A DNA stretch of 39,134 bases. Source: Mustelus asterias (taxonomy: Eukaryota). How positions within the stretch are numbered: position 1 is the stretch's first letter; each line of letters begins with the position of its first letter. The position numbers were made by a program, and so were the translations under genes. The notes under the pieces were generated by a model that was not told the DNA's origin, ran no database searches, and saw only the letters and a program-made list of their open reading frames with translations. Location of the stretch: positions 35,426,867 to 35,466,000 of the forward strand of contig NC_135826.1 in assembly GCF_964213995.1 (NCBI RefSeq). Reading direction: 5' to 3'. This document shows positions 11,270 to 23,092 of this stretch, piece after piece.

Positions 11270-12005
11270 AGCTTTCACACATGTATGCCAGTGGCGCTCA
11301 GCTCCGTCTTCCCATCAGTTCCTTGGACTGCCCCTCGGCTGTTGGAATGCCTATCTGACATCTAGTCTTGGATGAGTCACAACTTCCATCAGTTAAACAT
11401 CGAGAACACTGAAACCATCATCTTCAGTGTCTATTACAAATATTTGCATTGATAGCATTTTTGTTTTTGCCACTGTCCTGAACTGAAAGATACCTTGGTG
11501 CCCTGATTAAATTTGAGAACTTTGATTCATGAAGATGGTTTTCTTTCACTTCTGCCCTATTGTCTGTTTTAGTCTACTTTCTGATATCCTTGCTGGCCAC
11601 CTCGCCTCCACTCTTCATAAACTTCCAATCTCCTATTCCACCACAATACATTCTTCTCTCTCATTGCTTGCCTTCACAGGCTTACATTAATTCCCTGTCC
11701 CCCAAGGTGTTCAATTTAATATTATTGTCCTTGCCTTCAAATCTCTCCATGTCATTGCCTGCCTTATCAATGCAATCTCATACTAGGAGCAGAACTTTAT
11801 CCACATGAGCCTTACTATCTGGAAGTCCCTATTAGTTGAAACCTGTTCACCTTCTGTCCTAATTCTAAAGATTTCTATCGTTAATCAAGCTTTCAGTCAA
11901 GCCTCAACTTCCCCCCTTCCGAGTGTGGTATTAAATTTCCTGTGCGTATCTAAAGCACCTTGGTACATTTGTTTTGCATTAAAGTGCTATATAAATGCAA
12001 GTTAT
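11270..12005 (+). mobile_element. L2 LINE 3' fragment, decayed
   Basis: Degenerate LxECLSDI.SWMSHNF.QLNI..TE segment and a typical L2 tail aagtgctatataaatgcaagtt. Confidence 0.7.
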
Positions 12006-12054
12006 GTGGCAGGGGTACATTAGATGAGTTAACATGAGTGATAGGAAGAATATG

Positions 12055-12570
12055 ATTGCACTAGGGAGGGTGCGGAGAAGATTCATCAGGATGTTGCTTG
12101 GGCTGGAAGAGTTATGAAGAGTGGCTGACTAAGCTGGGGTTTTTTCCCATAGAGCAGAGAAGGCTGAGGGGGGGGGGGGGGGGGGGGGGGTGGGGGGGGA
12201 CGGGACATGATCGAGGTGTGCAATATTATGAGGGACGTAGATAGGAAGGAGCTTTTCCCCTTGGAGGGGTAAATAATCAGGAGACATAGATTTAAGGTAA
12301 AGAGCAGGAAATTTAGAAGGAATTAGAGGAAAAAGCCTTTTCACTGAGAGGATGGTAGGAATCTGAAACTCATTGTCTGAAAGGGTAGTAGCGGCAGGGA
12401 CCCTCACAGCATTTAAGAAATATTTAGATGAGCACTTGAAATGCCCTAGCATACAAGAATACAGGCCAAGTGCCAGGAAATGGGATTAGAATAGATAGGT
12501 GCTTGATGGCCTTGGTGGAGACAAGATGGGCCGAAGAGCCTCTTTTTGTGCTGTGAAACTCTATGACTCT
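12055..12570 (+). mobile_element. CR1 3' fragment containing a long poly-G run
   Basis: gggtgcggagaagattcatcaggatgttg (VQRRFTRM-like). 3' UTR atgggccgaagagcctc...ctctatgactct. Same family as 1-275. Confidence 0.88.
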
Positions 12571-12579
12571 GAATATTTA

Positions 12580-13020
12580 TGAAAAGGAGGGGTGAGAAAG
12601 CAAGAGAGGAGAGTTCAAAATGTGATGTGAATGAAGTCGGTGGGGAAGGAGGAGGACCATGGCCAAGGGAGCAGAGAGAGTGCCTGAGAGAGGGCAGAAA
12701 AGCTGAATAGGTATGCTTCAGGTGAGAATGTGTGCACAAGCAGAGAGCAGAAGATAATTTGCACCAGGGCAAGAGTGAATGTGGTAAGTACAAACTGGAG
12801 AAAAGTCTAAGAATGAGGGAAAAGAGACAGTGTGTTGCGAGTGGGAGGGATGAGGAAAAGGTTAGTATACATTGCGAGGGTGAGAGAGAAGAAGGAACAG
12901 AATGAATCTGGAAGAGAGAGTGCATGACGGGGAAGTCTTTTGGTGTGTGTATGGTTGTATGGGGGTGGTAGGTGATGGAGAGAGGATAGAAAAGAGCATC
13001 ACAGAGGGTGGAGAATATTG
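12580..13020 (+). repeat. GA-rich low-complexity tract
   Basis: Purine-rich; accounts for the 221-aa S/L/H/P-rich minus-strand ORF. Confidence 0.65.
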
Positions 13021-13642
13021 TAAATCTGCAGTGTACGCAAGCGACCAGTCTCATTCCTTTCCTTCTTGAGAAAATAGGAAAGTGGAAAATTGCAGTTGAA
13101 TCACATCTCATTATATTGGACTGTTATAACATTATTATCCTATGTTGCTCTAAAGCCTGTGTTAGTGTGCTAACCATATTCAACTATTAAGCCTTTGTAT
13201 AAGTGCTGCCTATTAGCGGCTATAAAAATAAATGTTTCCTTTCAATATGTTATCATTTTGATAAAAGAATATCATTGTTCCCAATCACACTCTGGCTGAG
13301 CATTGTGAGGCTACTTAGGTTATCCATCTCTTGCATGGATTTTCCCACTGCTGGTGTAGAGCTCCTATATGGATCTATGGGTGACCATCATGTCCCCAAC
13401 CCCTCTCAAAACCAAAGTCACGCAGTAAGATGGGGATCAACAACTGAACCACACATCTACTTCACATGTACATGTAGCAAAAAGAACCAGGGCTGACTTT
13501 TGAGAAAAAAAATACTTAGATCTTTTGTGGTATTGAGAAGCAGGGCCAATCTTTATTTTTAAAAAGGTTAAGTTGATGAGATGCAAGCTAATCTGTTAAC
13601 CTTGCACTGTTGTCTTGCATGGTAAGAAATATGATACAGCAA

Positions 13643-13825
13643 TAAAAACAGTGCTGGAAATACACAGCAGTTCTAACAGCATCAGTGGAGAGAGAAACAG
13701 AGTTAGTGTTTTCAATCAAATGTGATTAATTTGCTCTCCACGGATGTTACTGGACCTGCTGAGTATTTCCAGCAATTTCTGTTTTAATTTCAGATTACCA
13801 GTATCTACAGTATTTTGTTTTTAAG
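13643..13825. mobile_element. Palindromic Penelope-derived short element with TSD
   Basis: Arms tgctggaaatacacagcag...catcagtggagag and ctctccacggatg...ctgctgagtatttccagca. Flanked by atgatacagcaa and atgacacagcaa. A related half-copy lies at about 1920-1995. Confidence 0.7.
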
Positions 13826-14713
13826 ATGACACAGCAAGTCTGCCTGAAATGAAAAGCTGTTCTTTAGCATCACCCAGTGCCCAGAGCCTGCAGCTGCATA
13901 CAGTTTCAAAACATTATTTTCAGAGTATCACATGATTTTCTGACAGCCACAATAGGCTGTTAGACTGGGAACATTCCATTACAGCTGGCAAATGCAAAAT
14001 TTGTGTAATCTGTCCTCTCATTTTAATTCTTGGAGTCCAAGTATAACAGCTTTGTGGAATTTCCTGTTTTGTCATACTTATTACTTTCACAGTCGCAATT
14101 TTGTCACACTATAAACTATAAGAATTATAGCTGCACTTAACCATTACTTAACCCTCAGGGCATTATAGAAATTTGTGTATTTTTTAAGAATCACAATGGA
14201 CTTTTAAACTGCAGCACAGGATTCCCTTAAAAGTTTCCCTGTGACTATGGGGAAGTTTTTTCTTATACAAATCCTTTAATGACAAGACTTTCCTCACCTG
14301 ATACCGGGAGTGGAATTGAAAGTTCCCATTCCGGGCTCTTGCACAAAACCTAGAGCACTCTATCTGCCCCTTTGACTCTTCTCCCTCCCACCTCAAATGC
14401 CCATTTCTTCTTGGCTGTTGCACTTTTCTGCTCCCTCCTTCTGTTTCCCTTCCTTAGCCTTCCTGACCACTGCCTCAAATCATCCACTGGAAGAGGCAGC
14501 CCGTGGCCAAATTCCCCTCCTTTTTGTTGGTGTACAACAAAAAGGCACCCACAACCTAATGGCTGGACCCATTTCCTACAACCCCACCAGAAAATGCTTC
14601 CTTACCTGTGGCAGCATCTCCCATCAAAAGGACAGACGAGAGAAAACAAAGCAGAGGACAAATAGACAGAAGAATGGAAAGTAGAATGGGAATAAAGGAG
14701 GGGAAATGGCCAG

Positions 14714-15825
14714 AAATTAGAAATGAACCATGGACCTCCTGCCAGGTCCACCTGGAAGAGGCCTCTTGTAGTCATGACAGAAGAAAGAGCTGGAGACAAG
14801 TGAAAGAGAAAAGAAAAAAATGCGGTGGCATAGTGGCATTGTTACTGGACTAGTAATCCAGAGACCCTGGGGTAATGCTCTGGGGACCCGGGTTCGAATC
14901 CCACTGCGGAAGATGGTGAAATTTGAATTCAATAAATATTCTAAATGTAATGTCTAATGATGACTGCGATTGTCGTAAAAACCCATTTGGTTCACTAATG
15001 TCCTTTAGGGAAGAAAATCTGCCATCCTCCCTCGGTCTGGCTGACATGTGACACCAGATCCACTGCAATATGGTTAACTCTTAAATGCCATCAGGGATGG
15101 GTAATAAATGCTGGCCCAGCCAGCGATACCCACATCCCATGAACAAATTTTTTAAAAATACCATGAAGATGAAAGAGACAAGTGAGATTCGATGTATCTC
15201 CTGACTTACCACAAGCAATTCCACAACCAGCAGGCATTTTGTGTCCATCATATTTTAGCAGAGTTTGTGCTATACTTCAAAGTATAAAGACCTTTGATCA
15301 TCTCTGAATCCAGTGTTCACAGTAATCGATTTTGTAACTTTAAGCTTTCTTCAGTGTGATGTTTCTGAATGTTATAAACAGAAGTCAAATGGTGTGCAGT
15401 GTCATCAGAGATTGGCTGGTTGCCTGTCTAATTCTATATATTAAAGTCTTGGATGGTTTTGTCACACTGGGGAGTCATGACTTTGTTACAGGGAGTCGCA
15501 CCTCTAATGTGTGAAAACACTTTCAAACTTTTTTGCAGTTTTTTTTCGTATGGCTACTTGTGATTGGCCTATAGTGACCAGGTCCCTTCTTGGTCCTCCA
15601 TAAGTGCGACTCGCAATTTGTTGAAATCTACTTCCGCTGGTGACGAGTTAAATAAACGTCAAACAATGTAAGATAGTCATGCTTATAATATTGTTACTAA
15701 ATCTTAAGTGTAAATTGATTAACTGTTCCTTTTGTTAGCTTATTACCCTCAGTTTTCACTCCCAGTCTGATAAGAGGCCTCTTCCAGGTGGACCTGGCAG
15801 GAAGCCCATGGTTCATTTCTAATTT
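14714..15825. repeat. 54-bp inverted repeat pair (14714-14767 and 15772-15825)
   Basis: aaattagaaatgaaccatggacctcctgccaggtccacctggaagaggcctctt matches the reverse complement of the second arm with 2 mismatches. Confidence 0.93.
14822..15158 (+). mobile_element. tRNA-derived SINE with a LINE-derived tail
   Basis: A box tggcatagtgg, B box ggttcgaatcc. Tail gggatgggtaataaatgctggcc...cacatcccatg resembles the LINE end at about 6441-6489. A truncated relative lies at 22465. Confidence 0.88.
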
Positions 15826-16124
15826 GTACTAGTTTATTTTTCATTCTTTGCTCCTGGTGCATACACACTCCCAAACAATGTCCTCCTCCAGATGCTGTTT
15901 TATTTAATTAATTACATGGCAGCCATTCTATTTGATTGGCAGTGGGTTTTCCGGTTTCAAGGTGTCTTCTCCTTCTATGTTGATTTTTAGAACATACTCA
16001 TTTGCTGTTTGCTCTCTATTCATTTGTTCCCTACCAACCATAAAAAACTTGGCCCAGATGCTGTTTCATTTAATTCACTTATTTGGAGAATATGCTGTAT
16101 TTAATTTTATTTTACTATTTTAAT

Positions 16125-16360
16125 TGTGAGATTGGTTAGCACAGTTGGCTGGATGGCTGGTTTGCGATGCAGAGTGATGCCAACAGCATGGCTTCAATTC
16201 CCATACTGGCTGAGGTTATTCATGAAGGCCCCGCCTTCTTAACCTTGCCCCTCACCCGAGGTATGGTGACAATCAGGTTAAATCATCACCAGTTAGCTCT
16301 CTCTCAAGAAGGGGGAGAGCAGCCTATGGTCTTCTGGGACTTTTGTGACTTTCATTTTTC
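16125..16360 (+). mobile_element. tRNA-derived SINE, same family as 9084-9307
   Basis: Aligns with the reverse complement of 9084-9307. TSD actattttaat at 16114-16124 and 16361-16371. Confidence 0.88.
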
Positions 16361-16409
16361 ACTATTTTAATAACTGATTCCAATAGTTACAATATATTGG
16401 CTCTTTTTA

Positions 16410-16705
16410 GCTGTCAGCTGTGGCTCAGTTGGTAGCACACTCGCCTCTTGAGTCCAAAGATTGCGGGTTCAAGTCCCATGTGAGGAAACAAATCAAGGCT
16501 GCACTCTACTGCAGTGTTGAACGAATCAGAGGTGCCGATTTCACGAGATGTTAAACCATGGCTTCATCTGCCCCCTTGTGTGAATGTGAAAGATCCCATG
16601 GCACTGTAGTGAAGAAGAGCAGTGAAATTATGTGGTGCCATGGCTAATATTCTCAATCAACTTCACAAGGATAGATTTAACTGGTCATTTGCTATTTGTA
16701 GGAGA
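16410..16705 (+). mobile_element. Deu-domain SINE (SacSINE1/AmnSINE1-related)
   Basis: tRNA-like head tggctcagttggtagcac...ggttcaagtccc and Deu core gagatgttaaacc...aaagatcccatggcact...gaagaagagcag. Confidence 0.8.
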
Positions 16706-16719
16706 TGAGCAGGTCAGTG

Positions 16720-17000
16720 GGATAATTGCAGTATTCAGCTCCATTACCTCACATCATGAAGCAGCCCATCATTGCATGCAACAAGACCTGGACCACAGGC
16801 TTGGGGTCATAAGTAGGAAGTAACTTTTGCGCCATATAATTGACCAGCAATGGCAATCCCCAACATGAGAGAATTTAACTACTTCCCCATAACCTTCAAA
16901 GACTTACTATCAAAGAGTCCCTCACCACTAGCATAGAAACTTGACTTGACCAGCCACATAAATGCCATGACTACAAGAACTGCTCAGATCTGAGTACTCT
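16720..17000 (+). mobile_element. LINE fragment related to 5295-6495
   Basis: gtattcagctccatt...gcaacaagacctggac...taagt parallels 5470-5640. Confidence 0.55.
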
Positions 17001-17304
17001 GTGAATTTTGAGCTTGACAACTGCAATATGACTAGATCCTGGAAGTCTTTTAACCACACCAATGGCAGCAGAGCCCTCCATCCCCCATTTCTGACATAAA
17101 CCTCCTCTCTGTGTTCCTGAAACCCAATACCTTCTTGCCAACAATCTGAGATTCTGCCCAGCCCACAGGACCCCATTTTCTTTTAGTCCCTGGAATATTT
17201 TGTAGTATTACCATATTTCAGAAAACTGCACCCACTGGTTCAAAATTCACTGCTTCTTCACGCATTCTTTTGTAGACTTCTGGACTCTTTACCTCTGGTA
17301 TTGG

Positions 17305-17583
17305 CGTGGCATTGCTGCCTCGCAGCGCCAGGGACCCGGGTTCGATTCCCGCCTTGGGTCACTGTCTGTGTGGAGTTTGCACATTCTCTCCATGCTTGCG
17401 TGGGTTTCCTCCGGGTGCTCCGATTTCCTCCCACAGTCTGAGAGACATGCTGGTTAGGTGCATTGGCCATGCTAAATTCTCCCTCAATGTACCCGAACAG
17501 GTGGCAGAGTGTGGCGACTAAGGAATTTTCACAACAACTTCTTTGCAGTGTTAATGTAAACCTACTTATGACACATATATAAA
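17305..17583 (+). mobile_element. V-SINE with LF-SINE/L2-like tail
   Basis: Co-linear with 2192-2477. B box ggttcgattcc. Confidence 0.88.
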
Positions 17584-17868
17584 CTTTTTTACTTTAAACT
17601 TTCCTCTTTATTGAGACCTGCAGCTGCTCTGAGAATTTAGAAAGCTACCATATTCTTAAACATCAAGAACCCGTTCGCCATGCTTTGAGATCCAAGACCA
17701 AGCACTTCCCCAATGCTTTTAAACCTGCACATCTCTCTCTCCGCTGATGATAAACCATGAAATCTCCGTACCTCCCTAGAGTATTGTGGCCCGTGAAAAA
17801 CCTATTTAAATTCTGCCAAATTTTGGTAGTGTCCCATTGCCACTCCACTCATTCATTTGTGCATTATT

Positions 17869-18112
17869 GACCCATAACTTCCTTGGAGTTGCAATCAATG
17901 GTGGATTGCCACTCCGTAGTGACTTACTTGTGTTTGAAATGTAAAGTGCCTGTCTTGCACGACCTTCCTGACATCACCAGATGGGGGATCCAGACATGGG
18001 ATTTAAGTCACTTTGTCGGATAGTTCCCAGCCCAGTGCAATTGTCCAGAGGATGGTAGCCCTTCTGGACAATTGCTGGGTAAAAACTTACATGGGAGCCT
18101 CCAAGAGGGATT
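17869..18112 (-). mobile_element. Internally deleted MITE-like element related to 32505-33131
   Basis: Its two ends match the reverse complements of about 33080-33131 and about 32547-32650. Confidence 0.65.
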
Positions 18113-18134
18113 GGTACAGAAAGTACTTTTCACC

Positions 18135-19320
18135 AAGAGCAGGAGGAGACAATTTAGTTCCTCAAATCTGTTTGACTATTCGATGATCATGGCTGATCTG
18201 TGGCCGAATCTAGATGCCTGCCTTTGTCCCATATCCCTTCACAGCTTTGGTTAATAAAAATATAATCTCAGATTTACAATTCACCTCACATAATTGCCGT
18301 TTTCTGAAAGAGTTACAAACTCCGGGCACCCTTTGAGTGTTTCTAAATTTCAGTCCTGAGAGAAAGGCCTTAGTCTAATTTTTAGACTACATCCGTAGTC
18401 CTGGACTCCCCAAACAGCATTAATAACTTATCTCATCTATGAACTCCCTGTAACATCTTGAAGATCAAATTAACCGTTAACCTTATGAATTCCAGAGAAT
18501 GCAACCCTAATTTGTGTAAATGTTCCTTGTAATTTAACCCTTGGAGTCCAGGGTATCATTCTGGCAAATCTGCACTGCACTATCTCCAATACCAAAATAT
18601 TCATCACAATGCGTGGTGCTTGGAATTGCCCACAGTACTCCAGGTGTGGTCCAACCAAGGCTTTGAATAGCTGAAGCATAACTTCTACCTACTTATATGT
18701 TGGTCTTTTGAATGTTCATACCTGCATTCCATTAGCCTTTTTGAATATTTGTCTATACCTGAATGGGACATTTTAATGATCTGTGTACACAAACCTCCCT
18801 CATGTACTCTGTCTCTTTGGACTTTCACTGTTTGTAGCTTTTTACCACTTAGAAAGTGGATCATCTCACATTTGCCTTTATTGAAATCCATTTTACAAAG
18901 TTTTGCCCATAACCTATTAACATTTCTCTGTAGTTTTAACTTCCCACCTACGTTGCTTAAAGTGCTGGCTATCTTTGTGTCATTTACAAAGTTGGCTAGG
19001 TCTCAGTTCTTGAGACCCATGACGCAGATCCTTGTTGAACACTACTAATCACATCCTGCCGATTAGACTATCTGTCCATTATTCTTTCTCTGTCTCCTAC
19101 ACTTGGCCAGTTTTCTAATTGGATAAATTGTTTGACTTTGGATTTCATGAACTTCAACTTTACTTAATCTCTTATGAAGGACTTCAGTAGATACTTTCTG
19201 GAAATTCATATAGACTTAGTAATTTCCTTGCCTGCTATTTAAATCATCTCTTCAAAAAGCTTCTTCAGATTAATCAGGTATGACCTATCTTTTATAAATC
19301 CATGCTGGCTATCTTAATAG
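18135..19320 (-). mobile_element. CR1 3' end and RT fragment
   Basis: Minus-strand MLQLFKALVGPHLEYCGQF...VQCRFARMIP and MDFNKGKCEMIHF motifs. Confidence 0.88.
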
Positions 19321-19344
19321 ATCAAAAGTTGATTTGTTTTTGCT

Positions 19345-19995
19345 AGTTACTCTCTGGAAGGTGATGGTGAGCCGGCTTCTTGAACAGTAGATACACACAC
19401 ATCGCTGTGAAGTAGGGTTTTCTGGTAATTTGACCCAGTGCTAATGAATGATCAACAATATAATTCCAAGTCAGAATTGTGTATAACTTGAAGGACACGT
19501 GCAGATGGTGGTTTTCCCATACATTTATTGCCCTTTGTCAATGTAGTCGAGGTTGTGGGTTTGGAAGGTGCTCTCGAAGAAATCTTGATGAATTTGTTGC
19601 TGCAATGTATTTTGTGGATGGTAGACTGGTGGGAGGGAGTAAATTCACAAACATGGTGGGTGCCAATCAAGTTTGCTGCTTTGTCCTGGATGGTATCAAG
19701 TTCCATGTGTATTATTGGAACTGCATTCATGCATGCAAGTATAGAGTATTCCATCACACTCCTGACATGTAGATACTGGAAAGGCTTTGGGGAGTCAGGT
19801 GATAAGTTACTCAACGGAGAATGCTCAGCCTCAGATCAGCTCTTGTAGCCTCAATATATGAATGAATTTCTCCAGTTAGTTTATGTTTAGTGGTGACCCC
19901 AGGATGTTGAAGGTGGGGTTTCCCATTGAATGGCAGGGGAGGTAGTTTGAATCTTTCTCATTGGAGATGGTCATTACCATGTGTAGCATGAATAT
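19345..19995 (-). mobile_element. LINE fragment of the 5295-6495 family
   Basis: Minus-strand VRSVMEYSILACMNA...LDTIQDKAANLIG. Confidence 0.8.
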
Positions 19996-20149
19996 TATCA
20001 AATCAGTAATTTCATGATTTTTCTGACACAAGCTATTCTGTTCATCTCAGTCTATATGCAAGTTAAAATCCCATCATTAAAACCACCCCAACTTTGTTGT
20101 CGAATCGCTGCCATTGTACAATCTATCTGCTGCCAGGGGCCTCTCCACA

Positions 20150-20920
20150 ACTAAAACGATTTACATTTGTGTAGAACCTTTCCTCACCATAGTACCTTCC
20201 AAAGCCAATTAGGGTATGGATAAAATAGACGTGGAGAGAATGCTTCCTCTTGTGGGCATTCTAGGAATGAGAGGTCATAGTTTTAAATAAGGGGTAGCAA
20301 ATTTAAAACAGAGTTGAGGAGAAATACTTCTCCCAAAGGGTTGTGAATCTGTGAAATTCACTATCCCAATGTGCGGTGGCTGCTGGGACAGTGAGTAAAT
20401 TTAAGGAGGAGTTAGACAGATTTTTAATTGGTAATGGGTTGAAAGGTTATGGGGAGAAAGCAGAAAAATGGGGATGAGGAGCATATCAGCCATGATCGAA
20501 TGGTGGAGTGGACTTGATGGACCGATTGGCCTAATTCTGTTCCTATATCTTATGAACTTATGAAGTTATAAGTACTTTTGATGTGTAGCTACTGCTGTAA
20601 TGTAGGAAATGCAACAGCCAATTTCCACACAGCAAGGTGCCACAAACAGGAATGTGATACGAGATAATCAATTTTAGTGATGTTGGTTGAGGATTGAATA
20701 TCGACCAGGATGCCAGGAATAACTCCCCTGCTCTTCTTTGAGCTAGTACTCTTAGGATCTTTTACATTCATCTGCAAGGCAGATAGGGCATCTCTAACAT
20801 CTAACCCAAAACTTGGCACATCCGATAATGCAGCACTCCCTCAGTACTGCACTGAAGAATCAACCTTGATTTTTATGTTCAAGTCCTGAAGTGGTACTTG
20901 AACCCACAAATCTCTCACTC
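20150..20920 (-). mobile_element. Deu-domain SINE interrupted by a CR1 insertion
   Basis: aagtacttttg...taatgtaggaaatgcaacagccaattt...gcagcactccctcagtactgcactg. The tail piece at 20150-20210 is separated by the CR1. Confidence 0.78.
20211..20568 (+). mobile_element. CR1 3' fragment nested in the Deu SINE
   Basis: ggtcatagttttaaataagggg; gttgtgaatctgtgaaattcacta; tail cctatatcttatgaacttatga. Confidence 0.85.
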
Positions 20921-21608
20921 TGCCAACTATAATACCTCTGGGGTCTTGGACTGGACTTGCCTTGCTTTCTTGAAATTTGAGTCTCTAAGCTAGGGCTTTG
21001 AGTTGCAGTGTTTTGCTTCTATACATTCTTGAACTGGCCCCTTCTGTTGTTTCTTTCCTGCCCCTTTATGTTGCTTTTTGCTGGGTGATTTGTTGACATG
21101 TGTAATAAAACTTCTTAAAAATCAATGGAAATAAAGAAAAGGCAATAAACTTAAAAGGTGCAGAGGTCGGGAATTGTTGCCTGGAAAGGGGCGTAGGCAA
21201 GTGATTAATTGTGTTGTTTCTATCTGAATCCTTTGTTTATATTCTCAATTTTTTTAATAGATGTATCCTTAAGCAATGTAAGAGCTGATGATTATATGTT
21301 AATTGCCTCTCAATATCTGCCTCTAAGTAGGAACTACTTTGCATCTTGTTGAAGGCAAATTTCTATACAGCACACTTCCCCATTGCATAATTTCCTTCCT
21401 CAACTATTAAATTGTTGATGTGCTCAATGCATTTTTACAGTCTAAATACAGGGCATCCAATGTTATTTTGTTTTTTATTGCAGTAACCTACATATCTAGA
21501 CCATAGTAAAATTTGGCATGCATTCAATTATTCATTTAGCCACATTTATACTTGAAATTGCCTCTGTAAATTTGTCACACAATTACTTCCTTGAGCCAGT
21601 GATGTATT

Positions 21609-21780
21609 TCATAGAATCCCTACTGTGCAGAGGGATCCTATTTGGCCCATTGAGTCTGCACCGACTCTCCCGACAGAGCATTCAACCCAGCATACTTGCT
21701 TTGCTAAACCCCCTAACCTACACGTCTTGGGAAACTAAGGGGCAATTTAGCATGGCCAATCCACCAAACCTGCACGTCTC
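21609..21780 (-). mobile_element. Truncated HE1-type SINE (tail portion)
   Basis: tcatagaatccctac...gagtctgcaccgac...aaggggcaatttagcatggccaatcc. Confidence 0.82.
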
Positions 21781-22464
21781 TTAGATCCTCCTCAGCTCAT
21801 TTCTGTAATAAATTTGATTTTCTGTTTCTCTAATTGCACCATTCCCTGTCACTTCTATTGATTACTCTGCTTCAAATTGAGCAATCTGCTCTCTCACTCT
21901 CTGTTGCACAGAAAATCCAGCTTTACTGTTGATTGGTGTTTGAAAACACCCAAATTGCAGTCTTAATGCCTGGAGCCAGTTTCTAAGTTTTCCTATAATA
22001 TTATGCTCTAGTATTTTCTGTCATTTAGGTCCTTCCTCTTGGCTTGTATTTCCTGGAAGACCTTTGGCCAGACTCCCTCCCCTTACCTGAGGTTAATCTC
22101 CTCCCCTCACCATATGTCTAATATTCTCCACCCTGTTCTCTCTTTCTCTCGCTCTTTTTCTCACTCTCGTGGGAAGGGCAGCATTTATGCAAGAGATGCT
22201 CTACACTAGGTTGGGAGCAATAGGGAAGAAAGGAGATTCAGTCCTGTTATTTGAAACAAGATAACGAAACTCCTGCTTGGAGTGGCATTTCCACTTCACT
22301 GACTTTGTGCTGCTTTCTTCATGGTGCATCAGTCATTGGACCTGCTCCCCTCCCTTAAATGGCCATGTCTTTCTATGCAATAGATATGGTGGCTGCAGCA
22401 TAAGTTCATTATTTTGCTCCGCGTTGCCTGCTTAAATCCATCCCCATACAAGTATGTTTGGAGA

Positions 22465-22630
22465 GGCAGTGGTGTAGCTGTTTTGTTGCAGGATTGTCAA
22501 TCCAGAGATCTCTGAGGTTTCTGATTCGAATCTCATAATGGCAGATGGTGACATTTGAATTCAATAAGAAAAAGCTGGATTTAAAGTTCAATAATGACCA
22601 TGAAACCATGCCAATTGTCATTAAAAAAAA
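22465..22630 (+). mobile_element. Truncated SINE of the 14822 family
   Basis: aatccagaga...ttcgaatc...agatggtgacatttgaattcaataa...attgtcattaaaa. Confidence 0.7.
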
Positions 22631-22817
22631 ATATATATACACACACATATGTATATATATATATTTTCTCCATACAATGACACCAGATGGCTCAGCAGTA
22701 GCAAGTAAATTCCAGGAGCTTCTCGTATCTATTGGAATAACAATTTCTATTCCTGTTGTCAAACCTGACTAGTCTAGCGTGGCATTCCTCCAAAACACTG
22801 CATTTGTGGTTAAGTGA

Positions 22818-23092
22818 ATCATAGATCATAGAAACCCTACAGTGCAGAAGGAGGCCATTCGGCCCATCGAGTCTGCACCGACCACAATCCCACCCAGGCC
22901 CTACCCCCACATATTTTACCCGCTAATCCCTCTAACCTACGCATCCCAGGACTCTAAGGGGCAATTTTTGTAACCTGGCCAATCAACCTAACCCGCACAT
23001 CTTTGGATTGTGGGAGGAAACCAGAGCACCCGGAGGAAACCCACGCAGCCACGAGGAGAATGTGCAAACTCCACACAGACAGTGACCCGAGC
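22818..23092 (-). mobile_element. HE1-type V-SINE, 5'-truncated, young
   Basis: Highly similar to 5834-6112. Confidence 0.92.

Noticed and set aside
12167-12199. Long poly-G run as a functional G-quadruplex
   Set aside because: It lies inside a CR1 fragment at a normally short G run; slippage or homopolymer sequencing error is more likely.
12446-13111. Longest ORF in the track (221 aa)
   Set aside because: It is the antisense of a GA-rich tract running into a CR1 3' UTR; compositionally biased.
14822-14905. tRNA genes (also at 16410, 9230-9304 and the HE1 heads)
   Set aside because: A and B boxes are present but continue into SINE bodies, and no intact cloverleaf is evident.
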